Of a stretch of 64,000 bases of DNA, positions 13,183 to 25,674 are shown piece after piece. The notes below the pieces were generated by a model. The model ran no database searches. It saw only the letters and a program-made list of their open reading frames with translations, and was not told where the DNA came from. Position numbers and translations under genes: made by a program. This stretch comes from Azolla caroliniana (taxonomy: Eukaryota > Plantae > Polypodiophyta): assembly GCA_043228905.1 (NCBI GenBank), contig JBHGNT010000013.1:4650001-4714000 (forward strand), in the 5' to 3' direction. How positions within the stretch are numbered: position 1 is the first letter of the stretch; every line of letters starts with the position of its first letter.

Positions 13183-15835
13183 TTATGAGGTCCAATATAG
13201 GTTAGAAAGCCAAAGAGAGTCGGCCTTGACAGCTACACCATCTTGATTACGGTGCCAATAATAATATGCATGTGTCCTATTCTTGATCTCAAGCATGGCA
13301 TGTCCAAAGCTAGCCTCACGGAATGCTGAATATGCCGGTTGTGGCTCAGTAAACCTATAAAACAAAATCATATATAATGAAATACACATTATGGACATCT
13401 CATTATCAAATTCAACTTGAAAACATAGAGGAAAACAAGAGAATTACTCTCCAGCAAGACCCTCGGCATTTCCACCATCCCCAATCACTACGTAAACGGG
13501 TGCAGAGGGGTTTGCTTTTGGGGTGCAATTCCCATTCACAATGTTGTAGTCAATGTTGGAAAAGCGATACTACATAAAAAGCTCCCAATTTAGTGAAGAT
13601 CCAACTGAAAAGTTCAACCTCTTCTTTGTGAATTCAAAGTTTTATGTTGAATGGCGTGAAACCTTAGGATTTTATTAAAGCAAAGCATAGTGTGTTGCAA
13701 TATCAAAGCAATACTCACTGTTCTTTCGTATGCATGAACATGGCCGGCAAATACAATGTCCACCTTGGCTTTTACCAACCATGATTCGAATTGGACACGC
13801 ATTGTTTCACCCTCCATATAATGATATTCATTGCTATTATACCATGGGGAATGCAACAAAACAATGAGCCACGGGGTCTTTGTCCTATCTACCGAAGCTA
13901 GCTCCTTCTTGAGCCAAACATATTGTGGGGTATATTTGCCTACATAAAAACTCATTGAATGTCAGCCTACACAAGTCTATTCATAGTTTTATCAAATATG
14001 GTAGAGAAGTATAATATAGTACTAACCATATGCTGAATAAGACGAAAGAACAATGATATGAGCGGATGCTCTCTTGATGGAGTACCACAAGGGTGATGTG
14101 CTATTTGAGGCTTTATACGGAACTCGAAAACGGTTCAAGTACGGCTTGAATGCATCAACCTCTCCCTAATTGACAAAATCACCAAAAAACAACCATTGAA
14201 TTTAAAGGACAACTTGAAAATACCCATGAGTGCTTATTTATTTTAATTTTACTAAATTCCTCTCAAGTTTTTGTTTTTTAACCAAATTCCCTTGGTTTAG
14301 TCCCTCTTATACAAATAAATATGTTATTGGTGTGATTGTAAGGTTAGGTTACCCCAATATGCACATTTTAGATTGTTTATAAATATAGACTAACCAACTC
14401 AGGTGCAAAATCAAGTTCATGGTTTCCAGCTGTCCAAATCCAAGGTTGATAAGCCGTGCTTCGTTCGACAAACCGGCTCCAAGTATCCCACCGGTTGTTG
14501 TCATGGAATGGATAGGTGTCTGCATAGGAAAAATCACCTACGTATAGAAGGGTGTCACCGTTTGATTTCATGTAATGGTCAAGTGTTTTGTTGGAATCAA
14601 ATGTTTGACCAAGGTCACCTATAAAAAACAACGTGTATGAGTGAGTTGGTTGGCACTAGTTTTTATCATAGACAAAAAAAAAGTGTACTCCTTTGCACAT
14701 GTTATGATAAACACCAAATGCAAACTTTTTAAGGGATTCAATGGCTTCAACACAAAACATAACCCCTAACTTTCATTAATTTAAAAGAAATGGTTTTTTT
14801 TATAAATTTTGATTTTTCATACCAATAATCCCAAAAGTGTAGGGAGTATCAAGACCAACAGGTGGAGGTGTCTTAAACCAGAACTCTCGAGCAGAGGATC
14901 CCTCACCTAACTTGTAGTAATATTTTGCATTAAGCTGCAAGAAATGTCCAAACATCAACAAGGAAACTATCAATTAAGACAACAAATCTTTGGGTTTTGA
15001 GTTTTATTAGTAACAATTGAGCATCAGGTTGCAAATGTGTACACACCTTGAGGTTGTCAATTCTACAATGATGAATGAAACCTGATGTGTAGTTGTAGAA
15101 TGTGTATCTTGAAACTTTGCCTTTTTTACTGTAACTATACTTTCCTGATTCAAGGCCATACTGTACAACACTAGATCCTGGTTTTGAAGGTGTAGTCCAT
15201 GATATAAAGATTGCCTTTCCAGTGAGGTCCCCTTGTGTGATATGAACCTGAAATTCCAAAAGGTATCCTTCAATGTATAATCGGAGTAGTGCCTAGTATA
15301 TACATTGGATAATGTAAACACAATGAAAACAAGATTATCAAATATGAATCTAAATATTGACAGATGAATAGCTCAACAATGTACATTATTGTATATGTCC
15401 ATACCAATGAAAGTCTTATTTCTGCTTATAATGACTACAAGATATGAACCAAAGAGGAAATAAACTATAAATTAGAATCATCGAAAACAAAATGGAATCA
15501 TGAATTTTGACACATCTGTACTTATATACATGTAGTCTTTCACATATAGAATGCATAGCTTTCATACATTACATATGGTACATGGGATTTCATATTATTG
15601 TACCCATGAGATTTGGTAGAAGTACAATACATTATAGGACGAGATAAAAAATATTTGCCTGTTGTGGAGCATTGTAGCCTTGGGGAACTTTGAAAACGTC
15701 ACTATCCAAAGGCATGTCCACCGTTGCTGCTAATTTGCGTCTATATGAGCTTGTTACCCCACCTTGCACGCATAGCGTGAAAGTGGACACAACTAACATT
15801 ATGTAAAACATCAGAAGAAGGTGCTTGCTTGTCAT
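13183..15835 (-). CDS. PAP: Purple acid phosphatase (PAP10/12/26-like, secreted metallophosphoesterase), 8 coding exons, ~455 aa
   Basis: Exons (minus): 15659-15835, 15047-15247, 14823-14934, 14395-14618, 14027-14165, 13719-13939, 13448-13569, 13183-13354. Total 1368 nt with consistent phases. Hydrophobic N-terminus, [11 protein letters not shown], and all five metal-ligand motifs (GDLG, GDFSY, GNHE, VLLH, GHVH). Confidence 0.95.
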
Positions 15836-15842
15836 TGTGTCC

Positions 15843-15996
15843 CTACAAAAGGAGACAAAATATGTACCTAAGAATACTTGGTTATGCCATATAATTTTGA
15901 AGTCATTTTCAGCTTATAATTTTACTTCCTTAAAAGAGCTTAGTCATTCAACATGAAAGACATGTTTATCTCTAAATTGCAAGAATTTAGACTTAC
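15843..15996 (-). other. Putative 5'-UTR intron of PAP
   Basis: Donor GTAAGT at 15996 and acceptor TTTTGTAG ending at 15843, 7 nt before the ATG. Confidence 0.55.
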
Positions 15997-16073
15997 CCGA
16001 TGGAGAATAAAAGGAAGATGGGCAAACAGAATCACTAATAAATTGATTACATGGTTGAGAGATAGATCTCTAC

Positions 16074-16080
16074 TTATATA
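16074..16080 (-). promoter_or_regulatory. Putative TATA box of PAP
   Basis: CTATATAAG on minus about 80 nt upstream of the putative UTR-intron donor. Confidence 0.5.
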
Positions 16081-16114
16081 GGTTTTATTCATCCTATATG
16101 TAATATATCCACAA

Positions 16115-16122
16115 GTATATTC
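16115..16122. promoter_or_regulatory. P1BS (PHR1-binding, GNATATNC)
   Basis: GTATATTC about 35 nt upstream of the putative TATA of a phosphatase gene. Confidence 0.65.
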
Positions 16123-16972
16123 TAGCACAAAAAGTCAAACTATTAAATAATTCTCACTTTAAAGGAAGACTAAGTGACAATAATATATCAAACAAAAAAC
16201 TGTCGAGTGATTCCAAGACTAATGGAGAAGCCTCATAGAGCATAAACAAAGCCAATTTCCATAATATGAAAGAGGAAACAATTGTAATTTGTAAAATGTA
16301 AAGAAAGTAAAAGAATAAGATTTTTACTTCTCCTTCATTTCTTAGTCAATTTCTTAGCTAGAGCTTTCCTCTCGATCTCTTGCGTTCTTTCCTCTTGTTA
16401 GCCCTAATCTTGCCCTACTTCCATATGTGTCAAGTTTAAGGCTTAAGCTTTCCTCGTGAGCACTTAAAATTTTATCCCTCATAAAAGTGGTTCATTATCT
16501 GAAAGATAGTTTTATGTACTCTTTATGTGATTTTCTTGACCTTTGCTTGAATAAGTGATCAACCATGAGTAAAGTCATACTTAGATTAATATGACCATAT
16601 TAGTGACTTCAAAGAGATCTCATTAGGCATAGTCAAAAGTGGTGCATACCTACTTCTCACATGAAAGAGGGTATGCATCTGGTCAATCCCTCACATGGAT
16701 ATCATGATAAGTTATCACATTGGCGATACAACAAATATTGCAAAAACAAATTCATAATTTGAAAACAACACGACCTTCATCTAACATCCTATAGAACACA
16801 TTGATGTGACATTGGTACCTTTATGCAAAGTGTCTTTCTTACAACCCCACAAGTGTCCACCATGGAGGTTATGTATAAATAATTAGGTGCATCTATTGCA
16901 TTGGATTTAAAGAAATATAGGTCCATGTTCCCACAACAATTTTGGTTTATCTTGTATGGAATATATCCACAA

Positions 16973-16980
16973 GTATATGC
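16973..16980. promoter_or_regulatory. Second P1BS
   Basis: GTATATGC inside a degenerate duplicate of the segment around 16085-16155. Confidence 0.5.
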
Positions 16981-19900
16981 TTGTACTAGAATGTTCAACT
17001 ATTAAATAATTTATCATATTTGTAAAGAATTGGGAGTGATTCTGTGCAGCGGAAGAGATGTGTGTGTGTGAGAGAGAGAGAGACAAATAGAGAACATGAT
17101 GTATACAGAGAACTAGGAAACTGTATTAGCCAAGTGCAAGAATGAACCAACATTACAAAGAGAAAGAGAAGGTGCTTATGTAGTCACCTTCTCTCTAAGG
17201 TCTCTCACTTGGACCGCCTCTTGGGAAATATGTGGAGTCTTAATTACTTAGTGAATGTGTGTCATAGGACATTAACTTATATGACACACTAGTTATTATA
17301 CAATGAGGTGGGATGTTCACACACTTGAGCATCCTAGAGTGTGTTCCCACACAAGGGAAGTTGAGTTTGATTCTCAACACGCCCATGAAAACACAACTTC
17401 CAAACGACAAATAGTTGGTTTGGGCTGGTCTTCGGTTGTGGATGGCCAACCCACTCCTGTGTCTACTTTGCTACGTTTGACTTCATGTCAGACGGCTCCT
17501 TATCCATACTCCCCTTGAAGCTCGGCCAGTCGGAAATAGAAAGACCTAGGTTCATTGTGAACTATAGTAGCTTGTCAGCTCCTAGGGCCTTCGGGGAGAT
17601 GTTGGCCGTGTGCAGGAGTGTGCTGATGTGTTGCAAGTCAACGTCTCCAACCACGACACACTCTCGGATGAAGTGATGGTGTACCTCAATGTGCTTGGTT
17701 CGAGCGTGAAAGACTGGGTTGCGGGCCAGTCAAATATTGCTCATGTTGTCACAGTAGACGAGAACCGGATCCTTGATGGGAACGCCTAGATCCTTCAAGA
17801 TTCATTTCAGCTAAACGGTTCCGAGCCTGTATTCTGCTTCCGTGTTCGACAGTGTGACTGTCGGCTACTTCTTACTACTTCACAATATGGCTCCACTACT
17901 GAGGGAGAAGACGGACCCTGATGTTGATTGTTTGTTGGCTTCATAGCCGGCTCAATTGGCATCGGTGTACCCTTCTAGTCGAATTGGTGTGGCCGACTTG
18001 TAGAGGATGTTGTAATCCATGGCCCCACTTACATACCTTAATACTCGCTTAACACAGTCTAGGTGAATGTCACACAAAGTCTGCATAAAATGGCTAAGGA
18101 GTCTGCCTGGATAACTGAGGCCAAGTTGGGTGATGGTTAGATAGATTAGGTTTCTAACTAGCTGTCAATAGTGAGTCGACTCACACTCTTCTGTGCCAGA
18201 TTCGGTATCTAGCTTTAGGTTTCGATCCAGAGGGGTAGCAGAGGGCTTACAATTTGTCATTGCAAACTTGAAGAGCAGATTGAGAATATAGTGTCATTGG
18301 GAGATCATGATGCCACCATGCGTCATAATTACTTCTATACCTAGAAAGTAATGTAGCTCCTTCATGTCTTTCATTTCGAATCAGCCGAAGAGAAGCCTTT
18401 TCATATGACTGCTATCAGCTAATTCCTCTCATCCAATGACCAAATCATCCACATATATTAAAATAAATACATGTCCTCTAGAGTCGCTCCAGATGAACAG
18501 AGAGTTGTCGGACTTGGACATTTTGAAGCCGATTTGGTGAAGATATTGGGTTATCTTCGAATGTCATGCTCTAGGTAACTGCTTGGGACCATAGAGAGGC
18601 TTTGTGAGTTGGCAGACAACAGTGGGATGTGTACTTGACTTGAATTCGGGTGGTTGTACCATGTATACCTCCTGATGTAATTCACCTTGGAGGAAGGCAT
18701 TCTTGACATCCATCTGATGGAGGTACCATGCTTTTACTGCCGCAAGGGCAATCACAGTTCGAATGGTAGTCATCTTTTCCACCGGAGCAAAGGTCTCTTC
18801 ATAATCGACTCCGTGTGTCTGCGCATACCCTTTTACCACAAGTTGGGCCTTGTACCGATTGATGGTGTCGTTGGCATTGTGCTTCACGTTGTATATCCAC
18901 TGACGTCTGATTGCCTTTTGGTGTGGTGAAGGGGGGACAAGATCTCAGGTCTCATTCTTGGAGAGTGCTTGCATCTCCTCATTCATTGCTTCAACCCATT
19001 GCGAGTCTTTAGTAGCTTTGGAAAATTTTCCATCTTCCAAATTGTCACCACCTTCGTCATAAAGGCATAGTGATATGCCATGTAGTCATTGTGGCCAAAT
19101 CGGCTGACTACATTCTTTTCTTGGGTGGAGCGACATGGTGGTTCACTTATCTTCGTGAACTCTTTCTCAGCTCCTGGTGTCCTCATGATAGGAACATCCA
19201 ATCCATCATACTCACTTTCTGGTGAGTGTGTCGGTTCGTTTCCATCTGAGTCTTCGTACTCAGGCATTTTGGCTCTCCCTTTGTCTAGTTTCGGACTTGG
19301 TCGCAATGTGCTTTGGTCTCTTGGGGGCTCCTATGGTCCACTCAACTTGGTTGAGATTGTACTTTCCTCTATTGTGAGCCTTAGTTAGTCATCCTCCTCT
19401 GAATCTATGCCGACGTTGGTTTCGATTGGGTCGGAGCTGAGTTGACCATGTACCAGGATGCCGATTCGTTGAATACGACATCCCTACTCTCTCATACCTT
19501 CCCGTTGGATGGTTTGAAACACTTATACCCTTTTTGTTCGAGTGAGTACCCTACGAGGATACATTTCTCCGACTTGGGATGAAGCTTTTGTCTTTTTTCG
19601 TCGGGAATATGTACGAATGCGATAGAGCTAAATATCCTGATGTGGGATAGGTACGAACTTCTCGTGGGGGTTAATGTCATGCACTCTAGATGTTGTGCAC
19701 CAATTCATTAGATAGACGGTCGTGTTCACTGCTTCACCCCAATATGATTTTGGCAAATGTTTCTCATTCATCATCGACATTGCCACGTCAAGTATGTACC
19801 AGTTCTTTTGATCGGCTTCTCCGTTCTGTTGAGGTGTGTGTTGGCAAGTTAACTCCGTGGATTCCTTCTTGTCAAAGGTATCCTATGAAGGCATCGGAGA

Positions 19901-20286
19901 AGTACTCTTTTCCGCCGTCCGATCAAAGGCACCAGACGTGCTAATTGTTTACCTTTTCGACTTCATTTTTGAATTTCTAGAAGTGTTAAAACACTTCACT
20001 CTTCTGCCGCATAGGGAATATCCAAGTTTGCCTATAGAAGTCATTGATGAACATCACATAATACCAGCAACCACCGAATGTTGATGTCTCGGCGGGTCCC
20101 CACACATCTTAATGTATCACATCCAAAGTCCCTTTACTCACATTCCTCTCCTTTGGGAACGGTTGTCGGTGTTGTTTGCCAAATTGACAGGCTTCGCACA
20201 CGCCTGCAATGCTCTTCTCGGTAAAAAGGCCGGGAGTCTGGTGACAACTCCTTTCGACTGAATTCCTTTGAGCTTCTGGGGATTGA

Positions 20287-20678
20287 ATTGTGGCAATTGA
20301 GTGTAGAGTGGCAGATGATACTTGGACCGCACAATGGTGGTAACTGAGTGTAGAATGGCAGCAATGGAGGAGTGGACTCAATAGGGTTTAGCAACAATGG
20401 TAGTAATCTAAGTTAGAATACTCAACTAGAGATGGCCCACGTGATGTGGCAAAGGATCATGCATAATGGACCTAGGAATTTAGTATATAATTTATGGTGC
20501 ACATATCAATTTATGTTGCACATTTATGGTGCACATTTATATAATTAAAACTCTCCACTATTTTCAATGGTAGCTTTTTGCATAGCTAATTTATCAATGC
20601 TAGAGTTTTGCAAAAATGACTATTTATTAATGGTAGCTTTTTTCATAGCTAATTGTTTCCACTCGCATGCTTTCACCC
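20287..20678. other. AT-rich foreign insertion, possibly one end of a Mutator-like/MITE element
   Basis: Interrupts LWHKRIG...NPQKLK of C. Short internal direct repeats; no paired TIR or TSD resolved. Confidence 0.35.
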
Positions 20679-20874
20679 CTATCCTTTTGTGCCACAACTC
20701 TATATCGGCATTGGCAAACATTATGATTTCATCTCGTGAGAATCGAGGATGAACATCTGACCTTCTCTTCGACCACAACTGATAATTCAACCTTCGTTTT
20801 CTATGAAGCATCCTCTGTCATTGAATCAAACTTCCATGCCTTGTTCCACAATTTGACTGTTCAAGGCAAGGTTC

Positions 20875-21560
20875 TGTTGGGATTTCGGTCCCTCCGGATG
20901 GGATGTCCGGATGACGAAGACCCCGGTAACGGAGCCGGATGATGAAGACCCCGGTTACGGAGCCGGATGACGAAGACCCCGGTAACGGAGCCGGATGATG
21001 AAGACCCCGGTTACGGAGCCGGATGACGAAGACCCCGGTTACGGAGCCGGATGACGAATGTACCCGGAGAGAGATCCGGATGCGGAGACATATTTGTGAA
21101 TATGTTTGCCAAGAGCCCTTGAGGCTATATTTGTAAATAGCCCGAAAGTCATATGTGTATAAATATGACTTAGGGCAAACAGTTTTAATGTTGCTTATCA
21201 TTTTTCTGTTTTTCCACTCTAGAGGAGTGAAGAGAGAGCAGCCGTGAGAGTAAGAAAGAGAGAGAGAGGGATAGAGCGTGAGAGAGGAAGAGGTCAACGC
21301 CTCTGTGTATTTCCGCCGCCTGTGGCGAGGACAGCGAGCTCAAGGTCGTCGTCTTGCAGCTCGCCATTGTATACTTCTCTGTATAGTGTTGGTTTGGAGT
21401 CTTGTACTCCCGTGGTTTTTCCCGTCTAGGGTTTTCCACGTTAATCCCTGTGTGCTCGCGTTTTGTTTCTCTTTGTGGTTCCTATTATCTGCTGCATCGA
21501 TTCGCGCTTACTCGGTTGTGGCCGAGGGAAGAAGGTTAATCGTGTGGTTGATTCCTTACA
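20875..21560 (+). repeat. 5' LTR of G with five 28-bp U3 repeats
   Basis: Unit CCGGATGAYGAAGACCCCGGTWACGGAG starting at 20907. Confidence 0.95.
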
Positions 21561-21590
21561 AACTGGTATCAGAGCGAACTGCTGCAGAAA

Positions 21591-24500
21591 ATGGAAGGCG
21601 GCGGCAGCGGGCAGCCGGGGATGATGGTGCTGAATGCGCAGAATTACGCCGACTGGAAGATCAAGATGGAGGATCTTCTGATTGTTCGGGACCTGTATGA
21701 ACCGATTGACAGGTCGGAAATACCGAAGGGGGTACTTGAGTCGGAGTGGAAGCTCCTGAACCGGAAAGCCGTAGCGACGATCCGACAATATGTCGATGTA
21801 AGCGTCCTACAACATGTGGCGAACGACACCAATGCATATGAGATGTGGAAGAAGCTGTCGGGCCTCTACGAGAGGAAGAATGCGTTGAACCGGACCTCCC
21901 TGATGAGGAAGATAGTGAATCTCAAGTACCGGGACGGCGAGAGTATGGTGGAACACGTAAGCACGTTCATGGGATTCGTGAATCAGCTTGCGGCAATCAA
22001 GTTCCCGTTGGAGGATGCAATGCAAGCCATCATCCTGATGTGTACATTGCCGGAAAGCTGGGAGAACTTGGTGGTGACTCTCAGCACCTCCTGCACCGAA
22101 GACAACTTGTCCTTACAAACGGTAAAGACAAGTATTTTGAACGAAGAAGCGCGTCGGAGAGACAAAGAACCGGCCTCCGACTCAAAGGCGCTGCTTACCG
22201 AATCGGATCGGGGAAGACAATGGAACCGGAGTCCGCAACGACGGGAGAAGTCGGGGACCCGGCCGCAGTCAAGAGGAAGGCCCACATGCTTCCACTGTGG
22301 GAAGCCGGGGCACTTCCGAAAGAATTGTCGGCATTACCGAAAAGACAACGGAGCCGACGACACCGATTCGAAGAAGTCACCGGAGAGAAACGGTGCATAC
22401 CGGGGAGCCACGGACCGGAGAGGTTCGGATCGGCGAGGGCAGGACCGGAAAGGAACAACGGCACTCGCGGCAAGTGAGGAAGAAATCATGCTCATCACCG
22501 AAGAAGGTGAACTAAACATTGCCGGCGATGAGACGACCTGGGTGGTCGATTCCGGAGCATCGTTCCACCTGACCCCGGAGAGAAGATACTTCTCATCCTA
22601 CACAGCCGGTGAGCATGGCTGTGTTCGGATGGGGAATGAAGGTACGTGCCGGATTGCCGGCATAGGAGACGTGTGGTTGACAACCCCGACCGGATGCAAA
22701 ATGCTGCTGAAGGATGTCCGACACGTTCCGGAGGTTCGATTGAACCTGATTTCGGCCGGGAGGCTAGACGATGAAGGCTACACAGGTAGCATCCGGAACG
22801 GCGTAATGAAGTTCAGCAAGGGGAGCCTGATAGTGGCTCGGGCCCGGAAAGACAACACACTGTACCTGATGAATGCCCGGTTATGTCCGGAAGAGCTGAA
22901 TGTGGCAGCCGACACTGCCGGTGAGCTGTGGCACAAAAGACTGTGCCACATGAGTGAGAAGGGGATGAAGAGGCTTGCAGAAGACAACCTTATTCCAGTG
23001 AAGCATGTGCACCTGGAGAAGTGCACCGATTGCCTGGCCGGTAAGCAGAACCGAACCTCCTTCCATTCAAGGCCACCGACGAGACGTAGCGCACCATTGG
23101 AGTTGGTGCACACTGATGTGTGTCAGGTAGAAACGAAGTCACATGGCGGAGCCCAGTACTTCGTAACATTCGTTGATGATCACAGTCGGAAGCTGTGGAC
23201 GGCACCGTTGAAGACAAAGGACCAAGTGTTGTGCGTCTTCAAAGAACTCCACGCGAGAGTGGAAAGGGAATCCGGCAAGAAGCTGAAAGCGATACGAGCG
23301 GATAACGGAGGGGAATACCGGGGGCAGTTCCAGGAGTACTGTCGCTCGAAGGGAATCCGGCTCGAGTTTACTGTGCCAAAGACGCCGGAACTGAACGGGC
23401 TGGCCGAGAGGATGAACCGGACCATAATGGAGAGGGTCCGGAGTATGCTGGCGCATGCGAAATTACCCAAGGGGTTTTGGGCTGAGGCAATGTCGACGGC
23501 AACATATGTGATAAATAGATCACCCTCAGTACCTTTGGACGGAGACACGCCGCAGAAAGTGTGGACCGGTAAGGAAGTGTCCTACCGGCACCTGAAGGTG
23601 TTCGGGTGTCTCGCATACGTGCATGTGGCAAAGGACCGGAGAGGAAAGCTAGATCCAAAGACCCGGCCATGCATATTCCTCGGTTACGGCGACGATGAGT
23701 TCGGCTACCGAGTATGGGACCCGGTCGACAAGAAGATATTCAGGAGTCGAGATATCATCTTCATGGAGGACAAGACACTCGCCGACTGGGAGTCGGAGAA
23801 GAAGATGAAGAGCTCCAAGTCGACCGGTGAGGATCAACTCCACAAGGAGCAGTCCCGACCGGCAAGAGACCGGTTAGCACTCGAGGATCCGGCCGAAGAC
23901 GGTGAAGAAACAGAACCGGCCGAAGAAGATGAAAATGATACCGGAACCGGCCCCGATCCCGAAATGGATTCGGATGAAGAAGAATCGGAAGAACCGGTTA
24001 CCGAAGCTCCGGAACGGAGATACCCTCTAAGAGAGAGAAGGGCCCCCCGGAGATTCCCGGAACCAGAGCACGTGTTGCTAACCGACGAGGGGGAGCCGGA
24101 GAGCTTTGAAGAAGCAAAGCATGACACCCAGAGCCGCAGGTGGTTGAGTGCCATGCAGGACGAGATGGATTCCCTGCATGAGAACCACACATATGAACTT
24201 GTGGAGTTGCCGAAAGGAAAGCGGGCACTTCGAAACAAGTGGGTGTTCAAGCTGAAACCGGGAGATGCCGGAAACCCCCCGAGATACAAAGCCAGGATCG
24301 TGGTGAAGGGGTTCCAGCAGAAGAAGGGTGTGGACTTCGACGAGATATTTGCCCCGGTAGTGAAGATGACCTCCATCCGGACGGTGCTGAGCATAGCGGC
24401 AAGCATGGACCTCGAGGTAGAACAGATGGACGTGAAGACGGCTTTCCTTCACGGTGACCTCGAAGAAGAGATCTACATGCAGCAACCGGAAGGATTCGAG

Positions 24501-25664
24501 AAGAAAGGGAAGGAGCACCTGGTATGCCGGTTGAAGAAGAGCCTTTACGGACTGAAGCAGGCTCCCCGGCAATGGTACCGGAAGTTCGACTCCTTCATGA
24601 CCGACGAAGGGTACCTCAAAACGCAGTCCGACCACTGCGTGTTTGTGAAGAAGTTCGAAGGAGGAGACTCTCTAATACTCCTCCTATACGTGGACGACAT
24701 GTTGATCGTCGGACGGGACCAGGTCAAGATACGGATGCTGAAGAAGGCTCTTCACCGAACCTTCTCAATGAAGGACTTGGGTCCGGCGAGGCAAATACTA
24801 GGGATGCACATCATCCGGGACCGGAGCAAGAAGCAGTTGTGGCTGTCACAGGAGAAGTACGTGACGAAGGTGCTTCACCGGTTCAACATGTCGGAAGCAA
24901 GACCGGTCGGATCGACCCTCCCGGCAAACTGCAAGCTGTCCAGCAAGCAAAGTCCCAAGACAAAGGCTGAAAAGGAGGATATGATGAAAGTACCGTATGC
25001 CTCAGCCGTCGGAAGCTTGATGTACGCCATGGTGTGTACAAGACCGGACATCGGATATGCAGTCGGAGTGGTGAGCCGGTACATGAGCAATCCCGGCAAA
25101 GAGCATTGGAATGCGGCCAAGTGGATACTCCGATACCTGAAGGGCACGGCAAACGTGTGCCTCCGATTCGGCTCCGGTAAGCCCGAACTCGACGGCTTCA
25201 CCGATTCGGATATGTCGGCTGATGCAGATACCAGCCGGTCCACATCAGGGTATGTGATGACGTATGCAGGGGGAGCCGTTTCGTGGCAGTCGAGGCTGCA
25301 GAAGACGGTTGCGTTGTCAACCACGGAGGCGGAGTACATGGCGGCTGTTGAAGCCGGCAAGGAAATAATATGGATGAAGGACTTCATTAGAGAGCTCGGT
25401 ATCCAGCAGGAGGAGTACCGACTCTACTGTGACAGTCAGAGTGCCATCCACCTTGCGAAGAACGCGGCTTATCACTCCCGGACGAAGCACATCCAGCGAA
25501 GATATCACTGGATCCGGGAAAGGATAGAAGACCAGGAGTTCGTGCTGACGAAGGTCCACACGGACGAGAACGGGTCGGATATGCTGACCAAGGTGCTCAC
25601 ACCCGACAAGCTGGAAGCATGCCGGAAGAGGATCGGACTGGAGAGACATCCCATGCCGAAGTGA
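21591..25664 (+). CDS. Copia gag-pol polyprotein (1357 aa)
   Basis: CFHCGKPGHFRKNC, DSGAS protease, LWHKRLCH/CTDC, DDE integrase, YVDD RT and RNase H, with no stops. Confidence 0.97.
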   Translation: MEGGGSGQPGMMVLNAQNYADWKIKMEDLLIVRDLYEPIDRSEIPKGVLESEWKLLNRKAVATIRQYVDVSVLQHVANDTNAYEMWKKLSGLYERKNALNRTSLMRKIVNLKYRDGESMVEHVSTFMGFVNQLAAIKFPLEDAMQAIILMCTLPESWENLVVTLSTSCTEDNLSLQTVKTSILNEEARRRDKEPASDSKALLTESDRGRQWNRSPQRREKSGTRPQSRGRPTCFHCGKPGHFRKNCRHYRKDNGADDTDSKKSPERNGAYRGATDRRGSDRRGQDRKGTTALAASEEEIMLITEEGELNIAGDETTWVVDSGASFHLTPERRYFSSYTAGEHGCVRMGNEGTCRIAGIGDVWLTTPTGCKMLLKDVRHVPEVRLNLISAGRLDDEGYTGSIRNGVMKFSKGSLIVARARKDNTLYLMNARLCPEELNVAADTAGELWHKRLCHMSEKGMKRLAEDNLIPVKHVHLEKCTDCLAGKQNRTSFHSRPPTRRSAPLELVHTDVCQVETKSHGGAQYFVTFVDDHSRKLWTAPLKTKDQVLCVFKELHARVERESGKKLKAIRADNGGEYRGQFQEYCRSKGIRLEFTVPKTPELNGLAERMNRTIMERVRSMLAHAKLPKGFWAEAMSTATYVINRSPSVPLDGDTPQKVWTGKEVSYRHLKVFGCLAYVHVAKDRRGKLDPKTRPCIFLGYGDDEFGYRVWDPVDKKIFRSRDIIFMEDKTLADWESEKKMKSSKSTGEDQLHKEQSRPARDRLALEDPAEDGEETEPAEEDENDTGTGPDPEMDSDEEESEEPVTEAPERRYPLRERRAPRRFPEPEHVLLTDEGEPESFEEAKHDTQSRRWLSAMQDEMDSLHENHTYELVELPKGKRALRNKWVFKLKPGDAGNPPRYKARIVVKGFQQKKGVDFDEIFAPVVKMTSIRTVLSIAASMDLEVEQMDVKTAFLHGDLEEEIYMQQPEGFEKKGKEHLVCRLKKSLYGLKQAPRQWYRKFDSFMTDEGYLKTQSDHCVFVKKFEGGDSLILLLYVDDMLIVGRDQVKIRMLKKALHRTFSMKDLGPARQILGMHIIRDRSKKQLWLSQEKYVTKVLHRFNMSEARPVGSTLPANCKLSSKQSPKTKAEKEDMMKVPYASAVGSLMYAMVCTRPDIGYAVGVVSRYMSNPGKEHWNAAKWILRYLKGTANVCLRFGSGKPELDGFTDSDMSADADTSRSTSGYVMTYAGGAVSWQSRLQKTVALSTTEAEYMAAVEAGKEIIWMKDFIRELGIQQEEYRLYCDSQSAIHLAKNAAYHSRTKHIQRRYHWIRERIEDQEFVLTKVHTDENGSDMLTKVLTPDKLEACRKRIGLERHPMPK

Positions 25665-25674
25665 AGGGGGAGTT

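Noticed and set aside
13328-13335. P1BS match GAATATGC
   Set aside because: Lies in PAP coding sequence and is expected by chance.
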